A stretch of DNA of 64,000 bases from contig CP086569.2 in NCBI GenBank assembly GCA_009914755.4, forward strand, positions 15,232,001 through 15,296,000, given 5' to 3'. Under the pieces are notes generated by a model that did not search any database, was not told where the DNA came from, and saw nothing but the letters and a program-made list of their open reading frames with translations. The position numbers and the translations under genes were made by a program. Below, one piece after another: positions 13,756-25,129 of this stretch. Origin of the DNA: the human T2T-CHM13v2.0 reference genome, Homo sapiens. Position 1 is the stretch's first letter; each line of letters begins with the position of its first letter.

Positions 13756-15070
13756 TGCTTAAAAATAGTTAGAGAAAGCTGGAGTTATAGAAAGCCAGTC
13801 TAGTGTCAAATGGGTGATTATTTCTGGGGAAATATTTTGATAAGGGAACCAAGCTTAGAAGACCTAAACATATTGTATGATTGCTATACCACTTGCACTT
13901 TTTTTTCAACATATCCTTTATTCCCATAGTGCTTTTGTTGGAGTTTGCAAATTTAATATTGCACAGTTTGTCCATGAATACCTTTAATAGAGTTAGTCTA
14001 ATGATGATGGTGTTGGTGTTCTACAATTGAAAGAATCCTGATTTACACATGTGTTAAGATAGAAAGTCATTCTTGACTTTATATATACACTTAAAAACTT
14101 TTTATCAAGATTTATTTCATGAAATGTTAAATATTCAGTGGTGTAAGCAATTATCCGGTTAGACTTTTTATTTCTGTGACTTAGCACAAGAAAATACTAT
14201 TTTTGCTCAGACAATATTGTGTGTGGGTTACGCGTTGATCATTTTAAATATGAAAGAATAACTGCATAGTGTTTGGACAGTTCCAGTTTTGCACATCATG
14301 GCCTCCCTAGGGAATTGCCAGGATGAATTAGATGTGAACTGCACCTCGAGTAGCATGCACTTATGTTGAATTAAACAGCAAAAAGCATCTACTCCAAACA
14401 AAGCTTGTAGTGTGTGAATAGCTGTCACAGACCTGCTTTTGCTAATGATGATTTGATATGAAATCCAGATGTTCCTGGAGGAAGGGAGATAGCATTAGTG
14501 CCCTGATTTCTCAGCCTGTCATGAAACCAGGCCTTCACAATGTGACCACATTACAGCTTTTCTCACCAGAAAGTAGGGGATAGTTGATCCCTAAATTTTG
14601 AGTTCATCTCATTACTTGGTTTAGCAATGTTACAATGGGTGTCAACAGTGGCAGAGATTTTGAAAGTTCTTGTGCTTTTTCTTGTGCTCCTGCAGTTGGC
14701 CCCCATCTTTAGCTCATGCCTGAGCTAGCTTGCTGGAAGATAAGAGACCTATGGTGCAGTTATCTCAGATGATAACCATAGGAGTGAAGTCAACAGGGAA
14801 CCAAAATACCATTTGGCTGAACACAACCTAAATGTGCAACCCATAATCCATCTCATAAGTTAGACAACTGCATTTTATTTCAAGCCATCATGGTAAGGTA
14901 AAGGGTGTTTGCTGTGCTGCATTATTGTAGCACTAGATAATCAATCTTTTCTTAAGCATACCCTGGTTTTATTGACAGTAGTTGTTCCTCAGTATCCAGA
15001 GGTGATTGATTTCTGGACCCCCCCACATGTTTCAAAACTTGAGAGTGCTCAAGCCTTTATATATAACATC

Positions 15071-15656
15071 GAAATGAGACAAGAAGTCTTCTCTTGATGG
15101 AAGGTCTTTCCTGGATAGAAGGGTTCACGGTCTCACGGGCTTCAAGGAACAAAGCTGTGGATCACAGCTGCGAGTGTTATAGCTTGATTACAGAAAGGCA
15201 GGGACCTGAAGAGTGTGCAGTGGCAAGATTTATTAAAGCGAAAGTGAAAGTAAAACAAAAGCAAAAGTAAAGCTTCCAGGCAGTGGAAGGGGGCCCAGAA
15301 GGGTTGCTGTTTCTGGCTTGGATGCCTTATGCTTGTATCCCCTTAAGAATCTTCCCGTTTTCCTTTTTCCGTCCTGTAGGATTAGCTTATTTTCTATCAC
15401 TTGTAGGTTGGCAGGCCTGATTGGTTAAAAGCACTAGGCTACAGCTGCAGCTTAAACTCCCTATATGATTGATTGAAGTTTCAATCTGTTAGTTTGCAGC
15501 TATGACTCATTGTGGCTTAGAGGAAAGTCCCCTTTAATTGGTTAGAGTTTCAATCCCTTAGCTTGCAGCTATGACTCATTTTGGCTTAGGGGAAAGCCCT
15601 TGGGGAAGTCCCTATTGACCCAGGAAGTCCAGACAACTTAGCCACTTAGTCTCTCA
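15071..15656 (-). repeat. 3' LTR of provirus A
   Basis: About 80-85% identical by eye to 19310-19875. Contains two ~65-bp tandem repeats (15474-15599). Minus strand carries ctttaataaa poly(A) signal. Upper end is ...ctctCA. Confidence 0.8.
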
Positions 15657-16720
15657 GTTCTCCATCTCAACAAGAAAGCCCAAGTGCTGTTGGGAAGTTG
15701 GGCAACAACTGTTCTAGCTACTTACTGCTGAACTGGGGCATAGAAGTGGCTCTGCAGTTGAGTTTTCCTCAGGAGGGGAGTCTTCAGTGTCATGGTGAAG
15801 TAACAGGTTGGCGGTTCAGTCTAGGGGTCCTCGATAGCAGGTGCTAGTGGTGGTCATTTGGGGCTCCATCTGTAGAACCATTCGCAGTTTCATGGATTCT
15901 ATTCTGAAAGGATAAATTTTACAAGGAGGTTAAAAATGCAGGCTCCACAGATAGGCAACATCACAATAGCCACCAAGGGTCCCAAGAAGGGCAGAAACCA
16001 GGGCATCTATTGGTTGACAATACTCCAAGACCTGTGTCTTGAAGCTCTTGTGCCTGGCAGTGTATCTGGTCTCAAAGCTCCCTAAACTTCTTGGTGACAA
16101 GTCTAGATTGATTAATGACATAGCAGCACTCTTCTCCTAGAAAAACACAGGTTCCACCTCTTTTGGCTATTAATAAATCTAAGGCCCTCCAATTTTGAAG
16201 GGCTACTGTTGCTAAAGGGTTAGGCTGGCTTTATAAGGTGACCAGTGAGTCTGCAACTCATTCCATGTCATCATTTAACTCCTGTGATAATTTGTACTAG
16301 AATTGAGTGGTGGTGGTAATGCCACCAATGCCAGTTCCTAGTCCTCCTTTTATCCCAGCCTCAATAATAAATGGCAAGACTACTGCCCATTTGTAACGGG
16401 GTTTGGGTAAAAGAAAATCCTGTAATTCCTGATCCATATAGACAGTCATAGGGGGGCACCAAAAAGGAGAGAAAGCATAGACTTTTGGAGGAACTATTTA
16501 AGCAGTGGTAAGCTGAGAAGCCACAAACAAAAAAGATCCCTGATGGTAAGCAAGAGAGTCGTGGAGGTAGGGTAATCCATGTTTTGCACTGGAAGATGGC
16601 TGCATTAATGGTTGTGCTAAATTTTACACAGGTGAGATTTGATGTATGTGTTATTTCTAGACTTGAGACTAAAGGGCCCACCAGGGCTGTGGTGTTTGTT
16701 CTCAGTTCATGGCTTTCCAA
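15657..16720 (-). pseudogene. env: env remnant of provirus A: SU fragment (IFFVCGFSAYHCLN...) and TM C-terminal region up to the 3' LTR
   Basis: ORF 16361-16720 resembles the SU ORF of locus B (FFLYGTSTYICLPTNWTETC). 15600-16030 is collinear with 25130-25560, the env 3' end of locus B. Confidence 0.6.
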
Positions 16721-17106
16721 TGTTTGGGAGCAGGAACTGGGACAAATAGTTTAAAGCATAAGGGGAGGAACATCCAGCAGTCAGTTGGATTTTGGCTGGA
16801 GGCCTTGTGAATTTCAGCAATGGTGACATTAAATAAATTTAGCAAGTGGTAGTGACTGACTAATCCTTGTGCTTTTAGGTCTTTGACGATCTTTTGTAAC
16901 CCGTATTGGGCTTCTGGTCTGAGGGAGTACAGCCTTCGATAAGGAAAGGAGGTAGGATCCTTTAATTTAACTTGAACTGGATAAGTGTTTTTTGCTCATC
17001 TGTATTGTCCTTTCTCTGCTCACACTTCAGGATTAACTCCCTCCTCGAGTAGAGGGCAGCAAACAGGTATTCCTTCTCCTATATTCAATATATAATGCTC
17101 CCTGCT

Positions 17107-17353
17107 TTAGCAGTATATAACTATATAGTGGTCTCTCCCTAGTAAAGGAGTAGGGCTCTCAGGAATAATAAGAAATGCATGAGAGAAAAATAAGGTTCCC
17201 CAGTCACAACTTAGGGAGTGGGAGAAATGCCTAGTGACTGGCTGTCCTAGGAACATTTTGATGGTGACATACCTGGACAGTAGTTGTCCAGGACAGAAGA
17301 GTAAAACTGAGAAGGCCACACCAGTGTCCAGGGGGAAGTTATTTTCCTGGACA
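17107..17353 (-). pseudogene. pro: Protease remnant of provirus A (active site LDTGVAFSVL, flap motif LLGRD)
   Basis: Minus translation IDVQENNFPLDTGVAFSVLLFCPGQLL...PLLGRDHYIV. DTG-variant and GRD motifs are diagnostic of retroviral aspartic protease. Confidence 0.8.
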
Positions 17354-19101
17354 TCAATGGTTAAGCTTACCTGGGGCTCTGTGCAGGTGATGGCATGGGC
17401 TGGCAGGCACCCTTAGTCCTGTGTTAGACCATCTGGTTAGTGGCCTCTGGCCCAGAGGACCTTTGCCCTCAGGGGCAGTGTGCCTTCCAGTGATCCCCCT
17501 GGCACAAGGGACATAGATGAGGGGTGGCTTATTTTGGTTTGGGCAGTCCTTATTGAAGTGCCCCTGTAAGCCACACTGACAACCAGCCCTGTTAGGTGGG
17601 TTGCCTGCCCAGCCTTTCTTTCTTTTAGAGCCACCAAAGTTTGTCTGCCTGAGAGCCATGATTAAGATGGCGGCCTTTTTCTTGTCTAGTCTGTCTCATT
17701 CAGCCTGGTTCAGCCTGCTCCTCTTGGTTCCTATTATAAAACACTGAAGTGGCCAAATTCAATAGAGTTTCTAAATTTTGCTTGGGGCCCAGGGCAGGTT
17801 TTGAAGTTTTATTCTAATGTCTGCAGCTGACTGAATGACTGAACTTATCCTTTAAAATTAGTTGGCCTTCAATAGAGTCAGGTGACAAGGAGGTATAGTT
17901 TCTTAATGTCTCCCTTAGCCTCTCTAAAAATGCCATAGGGTTTTCTTCCTTTCCCTGCATTATGGTGGACATCAATTAGTAATTCATTGGCTTTTTTCTG
18001 GTCTTTCTTAATCCCTCTAGTATACAAGACCGTAAATGCCTGTGACTCCAGCCTCCATGCTCCGAATTGAGGTCCCAATGGGGATCCACACTGGGAACCG
18101 CCTGTTGGCCCCTGTGGAGAACTGTTTCCTTTCTTCTGATGTCATTTTATCATTTACCTGGCTTAGCTACCAGAGATCCCCAAACTCCAGGGCCACTTTA
18201 GTTGGGAGTTAATGTTTGACCTATCAACAATATAATATCTCTCCATGCTAAATCAAAAGATTGTCCTAATCCCTTTAAGAGGTCTATATATCCATCAGGA
18301 TTATCTGATAATTTTCCTATGTCCAGTTTGATCTGTTTTAAGTCTGAGAGGGAAAAGGGTACATGTATTCATGCCAGGCCAAAGTCTCCTCCTCCTCCCA
18401 TGGCTTGGAGGGGCACAATCGAGGGCCATTGGCACCTTACGGTTCCTTGACTATCTCTTTGTCTGGTTGCTTTTGGGCCAAAGGGAGAGACCTTACTAGC
18501 GGGAGAGAGAGATTTGGGGAGACCTGAGTATGGAGGTGGAGAAGTTCTACAATTCTAATCACTGATCCCAGACAGGAAAGCTGGTAATTAAAGTAGACTC
18601 TACAATCTGAGGTAAGTTTAGGGCAAAAAAAGGAAAAATGTCATAGACCTTCTATCAGCCACTGGCATGCCCTTTGAGGTCCCAGACAGTGCCTAGGGTA
18701 TAGGTTATGAGGGACAGGTCCTGTATAAGTATAGTGATATCCATTTGCATAAGAATAAGGCTGGGGGCACCATGAGCAAGGGTCTTTGGATTGCCACCCC
18801 ACTCAACTTAGGTTCCTAGCCAAAAGATTCTTAGACTCAGGGGTAGGAAAGATCCTAGAGGATAGGGCCTCAAGAAAGTCTTCTCTGAGGACATTAGGAC
18901 CCAGGAGGCATGGGTCAGAAAAGACAGAGAATGCACATATGGGCAGCTGCAGAGTAGAGGCTTCTCACTGTGCCATGATCTAAACCAGGTCAGTGCCAGG
19001 AGTAAGGGATGACAGTTTTCTTCCTCTAGCCAGCCCTCAGCTTTTCCCAGGAAAGGCAGAGAAAAGTGGAACTGGTTCCAGCAGATCAATGCTCTAAGCA
19101 C
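17354..19101 (-). pseudogene. gag: gag remnant of provirus A: MA/p12-like region, CA N-terminus near 18300, CA C-terminus and NC, with an intact zinc knuckle CQCGLQGHFNKDC near 17541-17581
   Basis: Minus-strand translation gives PFSLSDLKQIKLDIGKLSDNPDGYIDLLKGLGQ (CA start) and ...FLERLRETLRNYT..DSIEGQLILKDK (cf. MLV AFLERLKEAYRRYTP). ORF 17354-17659 contains C-x2-C-x4-H-x4-C. Frameshifts and stops are present. Confidence 0.8.
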
Positions 19102-19290
19102 AGAGGGATGGGGGTAATTAAAGAAAGAGTCCTTTCCCAGAAAGCCTCATACCTGTGTCTTAAGTCCAGTGGCCATGCTTGTCACTTTTAAATGGCAGAC
19201 AGGTGCCCAGTGTTTTCCTCTAATTTCTGGTGAGAAGATAGAAGAGAATAGCAAGCGAAAGGGGTCCAATGTTACTCACTGCTATGGATA

Positions 19291-19309
19291 ATCCCTATAT
19301 GGGCGACCA
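19291..19309 (-). other. Primer-binding-site-like sequence TGGTCGCCCATATAGGGAT just 3' of the 5' LTR (tRNA identity not resolved)
   Basis: Minus strand reads ...catttc TGGTCGCCCATATAGGGAT. TGG lies a few nt after the LTR end, which is the retroviral PBS arrangement. The match to known tRNA 3' ends is degenerate. Confidence 0.45.
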
Positions 19310-19875
19310 GAAATGAGATGAAAATTCTTCTCCTGATCTAAGGTCTTTTCTCAATTGAAGGGTTTCTGGTCTCAAAGGCTTCAAGGAATGTAGTCATGGA
19401 CCAGTGGTGAGTGTTACAGCTCAATTAGAGAAGGGCACCAACCCAAAGAGTGTGTGCTGGCAAGATTTATTAAAGCCAAAGTGAAAGTAAAACTTCCACG
19501 CGGTGGAAGGGGACCCAGAAGGGTTGTCATTTCTGGCTTGGGTGTCTTATGCTTATATCCCCTTATGACTTCCCCACCTTTTCCTTTTTCTGTCCTATAG
19601 GATTAGCTTATTTTCTATCTGTGGGTTGGCAGGCCTGATTGATTAAAAACATCAGGCTGCAGCTAGAGCTTAAATTACTAATATGATTGGTTGATGTTTC
19701 AATCCCTTAGTTTGCAGCTGTGACTCATTTCGGCTTAGGAGAAAGTCCCCTTTGATTAGTTGAAGTTTCAATCCCTTAGCTTGCAGCTATGAGTCATTTT
19801 GGCTTAGGGAAAAGCCCCTTGGGGAAGTCCCTATAGACCCAGGAAGTCCAGCCAACTTAGCCACTTAGTCCGTCA
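19310..19875 (-). repeat. 5' LTR of provirus A
   Basis: Homologous to 15071-15656. Upper end is ...ccgtCA, then unrelated flank. Lower end abuts a PBS-like sequence. Confidence 0.8.
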
Positions 19876-20879
19876 GTAGTATTTGCATTTAACCTACATA
19901 CATCCTCTTATATACAGTTAGCCCCATGTTCTACATCTGTGGATTCAACCAATATTGGATCCAGATATTTGGAGAAATCAAGAGCATCTATAATGAACAA
20001 TAAACACCTTTTTTGTAACTATGTACATAACTATGTACTTAACTACTACACAGTGTTTACATTGTATTAGGTATTATGAGTACAATTATGTACCACCTAA
20101 CAATGTTTTGGTCAATAACAGATCACATATATGCTGGTGGTCTCATAAGATTACAATGCCATATTTTTACTGTACCTTTTCTATGTCTAGCTATGTTCAG
20201 ATACACAACATTTACCATCGTGTTGCAATTGATTACAGTAGTAAGTGCAGTAGCATGCTGTTCATGTTTGCAGCCCAGGAGTGGGAGGCTATGATGTATA
20301 GCCTAGGTGTATATAACAGGCTATATCATCTAGGTTTGTGTAAGTACACTCACTAATATTCACACAACAAAAAAAATCATTTAATAGCACATTCTCATAA
20401 GGACTAAGCTCTAATATTTTCTTTCCCAAATTCTCATCAAAGGGGTCTGGGTAGTCATGCCCTACAAACTTGTAACTTCTCATCAAATGCATTTTATTTA
20501 ACCCTACATATCATGATGTACTTTCCAATATGACTCTGGCAAAACATTATGTGACAAAGAAGAAAGTGAAAATATTTTACCCCAAAACATGTTTCTTTGT
20601 CAATTCTTGAAATTACCCTGCAAATCTGTCCTAAGTGGGGGAAAATTTGCATCTGTAAAGAATCTCTATTAACATAGCTAGGTCTTTATCTTCCAGATGT
20701 TCCCTATCTTAAAAAGATTAACTTAAAGTCTAGCATGCTTTAGAAATCTGAACAGAAAATATTTGTCATCTATTTTTTCTAAGAGCTGCCACAATAAGAT
20801 TTCAAGAGAACCTTGGTCTCCACAATCATTTATTTTAACCTGAATATCCCAGGTCTTTAGACAAACTCAACGAATTCTC

Positions 20880-21232
20880 AACCAGAAAATACTTAAATTT
20901 ACCTATAGCCTGGAAGCCCCATCCCCTCCCACCCCACCCTGACCTTGCTTGAGTTGTACTGACTATCTGGACTAAACCAATATATTTCTTAAATATATTT
21001 GATTGTGGTTTCATGCCTCCCTAAAATGTGTAAAACCAAGTCATACCCCCATCACCTTAGGCACATGTTCTCAGGACCTACTTAGGGCTTTATCATGGGT
21101 CATGGTGACTTATATTTGGCTCAGAATAAATCTCTTCAAACATTTTACTGAGTTTGTCTCTTTTTATCAACACTCAGAACATAGCCCTGTTGTTAAACAA
21201 TACATTATTGTAATCTAGAGAGGATTTAATAT
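20880..21232 (+). repeat. LTR-like fragment (TATA-like ctaaaatgtgtaaaacc, then AATAAA, then gagtttgtctc). Its last ~127 bp recur at 22665-22791
   Basis: Promoter/poly(A) arrangement typical of an ERV LTR 3' part. Family not identified. Confidence 0.35.
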
Positions 21233-22664
21233 ATATGGGAGGGTGTGCAGAGGTTATATACAGATACGACACAATTTCATATCAAGACGTTGAACATGCA
21301 TGGATTTTGGAATACTCTGGAGGTCCTAGGACCAATCTCCTACTGGTACCAAGAGACGACTGTACTTTAAATCATCTCTAGTTTTTTGTTTCTGTTTTTA
21401 TTTTTATTTTTAATAATCCCTCATACAGTGTAAATGCTAAGCATAGTTGTTATACTGTATTGGGTTTTGGTTAAGTTTTTATTGTTGTATTTTTATTTTT
21501 AATTTTTAAAAAGTATTTCTGATCTGAGGATGGTTGAAATTGCTGATGTGGAACTGGAAATATAAAAGGCTGACTGGATGTGAAAGTCATCCCAGTAGGA
21601 TAAAGAATATATGCCATGGCGTGAAGGCAGACAATCAACCCAGGTTTGTGTTAAATTGATAAACTTAAGTTATAATTTATTGATACAATACACATGTATT
21701 GTTAACATAGGTGGGACTGAGTTGAATTGAGTTTCATAGCATTTATCAAATGCTGTGTCCCGAAGGGGAAAGGTAGGTTCATGTGTTCTCACTCTTTGAG
21801 GCATGCTTGTATTAGTACTTCCTGACACATCACGGAGGAAGTCAACAAAAGCAGAGAATTATCTCAAAAATTGTTCAAAGACCCCTAATAGTACAAAAAA
21901 TTTTGTTGAATAATCAAGACCCATAGGGGCCCTGTGTTCATGGAACTTCCATTGTCACCAAAGAGATAAAGTGATATAATAGACATTGGTTGTCAAATTA
22001 AATGACAACATGACGTGCTTAACTTGGGAGCCAAGGAGCCCCACGGTGAAATCCTAGCACAATCACTTATCAGTTTTAGATGTTTGGAGAAGGCGCTTAA
22101 ATTCTATTAGCATCAGCTTTCTTATTAAAAAAAATTGAGCTATTAATATTACTTCCATGTGAGTGTTGCTTGGAGAATTATTAAATTCAATGGTATATTC
22201 AGAATGCTTAGCAGAGCACGTGGAAGATCTTTAACTGCTCAATAAATTATAGTTATTATTATTAAGACAACTTACACCTCATAGAAGCTGGAAAACTTGG
22301 GAGAAGCAGTTTATTGAAAAGAAAATTAGCATAGAGTTTTGATAAGTGATGCAGAAAAGTAATGAATTACCATACTTGTGACACAGAATTAGGTCTTTTA
22401 GAAAATAAGGCAGATTATTATTACTTTTAATTCATCCTGTGGGATCTATGCCCAAGGATTCAGAAGAAGCACAGCCAGGATTGAGTTCTCTCTTTGAAAC
22501 AGGATGTAAACACATCTGAGGAACAAAGATCACCCAGGGCAGTTTTTAACCATGTTGACTAATCATACAAATTTTAATGGATGGTGCAAACAAAAATTGC
22601 TGATGCTTCCAAAATCATTAATGATTTCTTTAGTCATGTGAAGACTTGGGAACTATTAAACCAT

Positions 22665-22791
22665 CAACTTATATCTCGCTCAGAATAAATCTCTTCAAAC
22701 ATTTTACTGAGTTTGTCTCTTTTTATCAAAACTCAGAACATAGCCCTGTTGTTAAACAATACATTATTGTAATCTAGAGAGGATTTAATGT
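22665..22791 (+). repeat. Second copy of the 127-bp segment (direct repeat of 21106-21232, 1-2 mismatches)
   Basis: acttatat.t..ctcagaataaatctcttcaaacattttactgagtttgtctctttttatcaa.actcagaacatagccctgttgttaaacaatacattattgtaatctagagaggatttaat appears at both sites. Confidence 0.9.
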
Positions 22792-25129
22792 AATGTATCC
22801 TTTTCATTCCAATTCCAATAATAAAAATAATTGCACATTAGGAAAAATTGGACAATATAGGAAAGCTAAAACAAGAAAAAAAAATGGAAATCTCTCTTCT
22901 CGAAGAATCAATGTTTCATGTATTTTATCTCAATCTTTCTTCTTCTTGACATTTAAAGGAGAACCATAAACTACACTGAAAATTATTTTACAGAAACTCA
23001 AGACTTTTACCTTTCTTCCTGCGAAGAAAACAAGGTGTTATTTCATTGTCTGTGACAGATGATGTTGAGCAATGTACTCTCACATTCCAAATGTAACATC
23101 TCAGTAAAATACCCAACTTACCGTTGCACCCTTAGAACTGCTATAAAAGACCTTGATATGTTTGAATCCTTGTTCCACTGAAAGGTGAGAGGAAAGGAAA
23201 ATGTGCTCAGTTGTATGACATGAAAAAGATTGTATAAAACAGCCTGATATTGGTAGGTTGAAAGTATACTGATGAAGTGAAACTAACACAATGTGTTGAA
23301 ATAAGACAGATAAGTACACTTTCTGGTCTCTCTCTCTCTTTAGAAAAGCACACCTCTAAAATTTGCTTTGGTTTTTAGTTTGTGAACACTCTGCCTTTTC
23401 TCTTTTCTTCCTTAGAGTGTTCAAAAATGACCTCAGAATGCTACTTGTGAGCTCAATCCATGGATAATTGTGGTAGGAGTTTATCAGCCAGTCTAATACT
23501 CATTCTAATTAAACAAGTCAAAGTTCACTGGGTTTCTCAAAATTATGTCTAGAGCCATCACAGTTTATGGATCCAACAGGAGGTTTGATGAAATACAATC
23601 TGCCCCTAGCTGAGAAGACTGTTGAAAACCTACATGGGCAATTACACTTGTAGGATTTAAGATTGACTCAAGGCACCCTGGATTGGAGAGGATGCCCTGA
23701 GTTGAAGTAAATTCATGAGACCCCATAATACACAGTGTTTTGCTGGGGATGACATAACCAAATTCATGCCTGGTGCTCCTGGATTTCTAGTCTGATTTCT
23801 ACCCTGCCAATCTCTCCACTAGCCAGCTGTCAGTGTACACATGTGCTTCAGTGGTTCTGAGCTTCTCAATACACAGCCCAGGGCAGTAAGGGCCAATCCT
23901 TCAAGCAGATAAAGGAAATTGATAGTGACCCACTTCTGCAGCCCAAGATCTAAACCTTATTAAGAAAAGTGATGCCTATTTATCATCTCCATTCATGTGC
24001 CTTGCAGGGGGAAAAAATGACTAAAGTAAATCCTGCAACGCATGTGCCAGAGACTTGAATTTTACTTGGATTATCTGTAGAGTTAATCTCCAAAGACACA
24101 ACAGATCATAACAGAGCAATGGATCAGTGCCTGGCAGATGCATGTAGGGTGTTCTGCCAGATGTCAGAAGAATACTTCTTCATATCATTACCCTACCTCC
24201 ACTTTACAAACAGATATTAAGAATACAGAGGGGAGATTCTCAAATCACAAGCTTTCAAAGTTAACATCCAAAGAAGCCGTAATCATCACATATATTCCTA
24301 GACAATATCTCATTTTTTACCATGTATTAGTTAAACACTTAATTGCCCCCAACCCTTTGCTTCACTGGGAACATATCATAATTATGAAACTTCCTAACCA
24401 GTGTACATTCAATATATTTAAATTTCATTTTTTATGATTTCAGCAAGGTTGATGACCAACTTGCTAGACAACTAAATAAAACATATTAAAATTATACATA
24501 GGTAAGAGTAGCTTAATAGGATTTTTCTGACATTTCAGTATTTTGCTGAAACATGCTTTATTTTCAGAGTATGGTAGCTGCTAGATGCAGTCACATAAAT
24601 GAAAAAGGAATTTGGCCATTTTCCTAACCACAAGCATCATTGTTTCTACAGCTGTCTCCCCCACTTCTGTGTTGGGCTCAACCGAAAAGAAAGATTTAAA
24701 TGTGAAGGGAAGTCTGGACCTGGGCTCTGAGAAAGTGTGTGGAAGAAGATGGTAGCATGCACCTCATAGGGCCTAAACAATGAAGCACCTGTCCTTTACA
24801 AATATGAAAGCTAACAGTTATTCATGTTACTCAGGCTCTTTGCCCAGGTTTTAGTTCTTTTCTTTGCCCTGCAGTTTAAAAGTAATGACAATTAAATAGG
24901 AAATATTTTGGGGCATCTTCAGTTTGTAAGATGAGGTGATTAGGAACTGTTGTTTGGGAAGCATTGGAACAGATTGAGATGATTAGTCTAGAAAAGATAT
25001 GTCTTGCTGTTGAACTACATGAAATTTACAGGGCAGAGAAAAAGAATTCTCTTCCATTTCAGAGGAAGGAGCTAGATCTCATAGATAAAAGCCACAGGAG
25101 ACAGAGGTAAGAAAAACATATCCTCTTAT

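Larger units (their letters stand above)
15071..19875 (-). mobile_element. Class I (gammaretrovirus-like) HERV provirus A, LTR-bounded and internally deleted. Order on the minus strand is 5'LTR, PBS, leader, gag, pro, RT N-terminal stub, [most of pol missing], partial env, 3'LTR
   Basis: Two ~570-bp direct repeats bound a 3.65-kb interior. On the minus strand the interior encodes CA (PFSLSDL...), an NC zinc knuckle, a PR DTG motif, the RT start and env SU/TM pieces. AATAAA in the LTR lies on the minus strand. Confidence 0.85.

Noticed and set aside
15040-15070. Possible extension of the provirus A 3' LTR below 15071 (ctttatatataacatc vs ccctatatgggcgaccag at the PBS of the 5' LTR)
   Set aside because: The resemblance is short and lies where the 5' copy carries the PBS, not LTR sequence. 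Treated as coincidence; the LTR boundary is kept at about 15071.
19291-19309. Attempt to assign the provirus A PBS to a specific tRNA (Arg, as in HERV-9/HERV-I)
   Set aside because: Only about 9/17 matches to the Arg PBS I remember. The PBS is too degenerate to name the primer tRNA without a search.
19876-20360. Sequence with the look of a known interspersed repeat (…ccccatgttctacatctgtggattcaaccaatattggatcc…)
   Set aside because: I could not assign a family from memory and there is no second copy in the window, so it is left unannotated rather than guessed.
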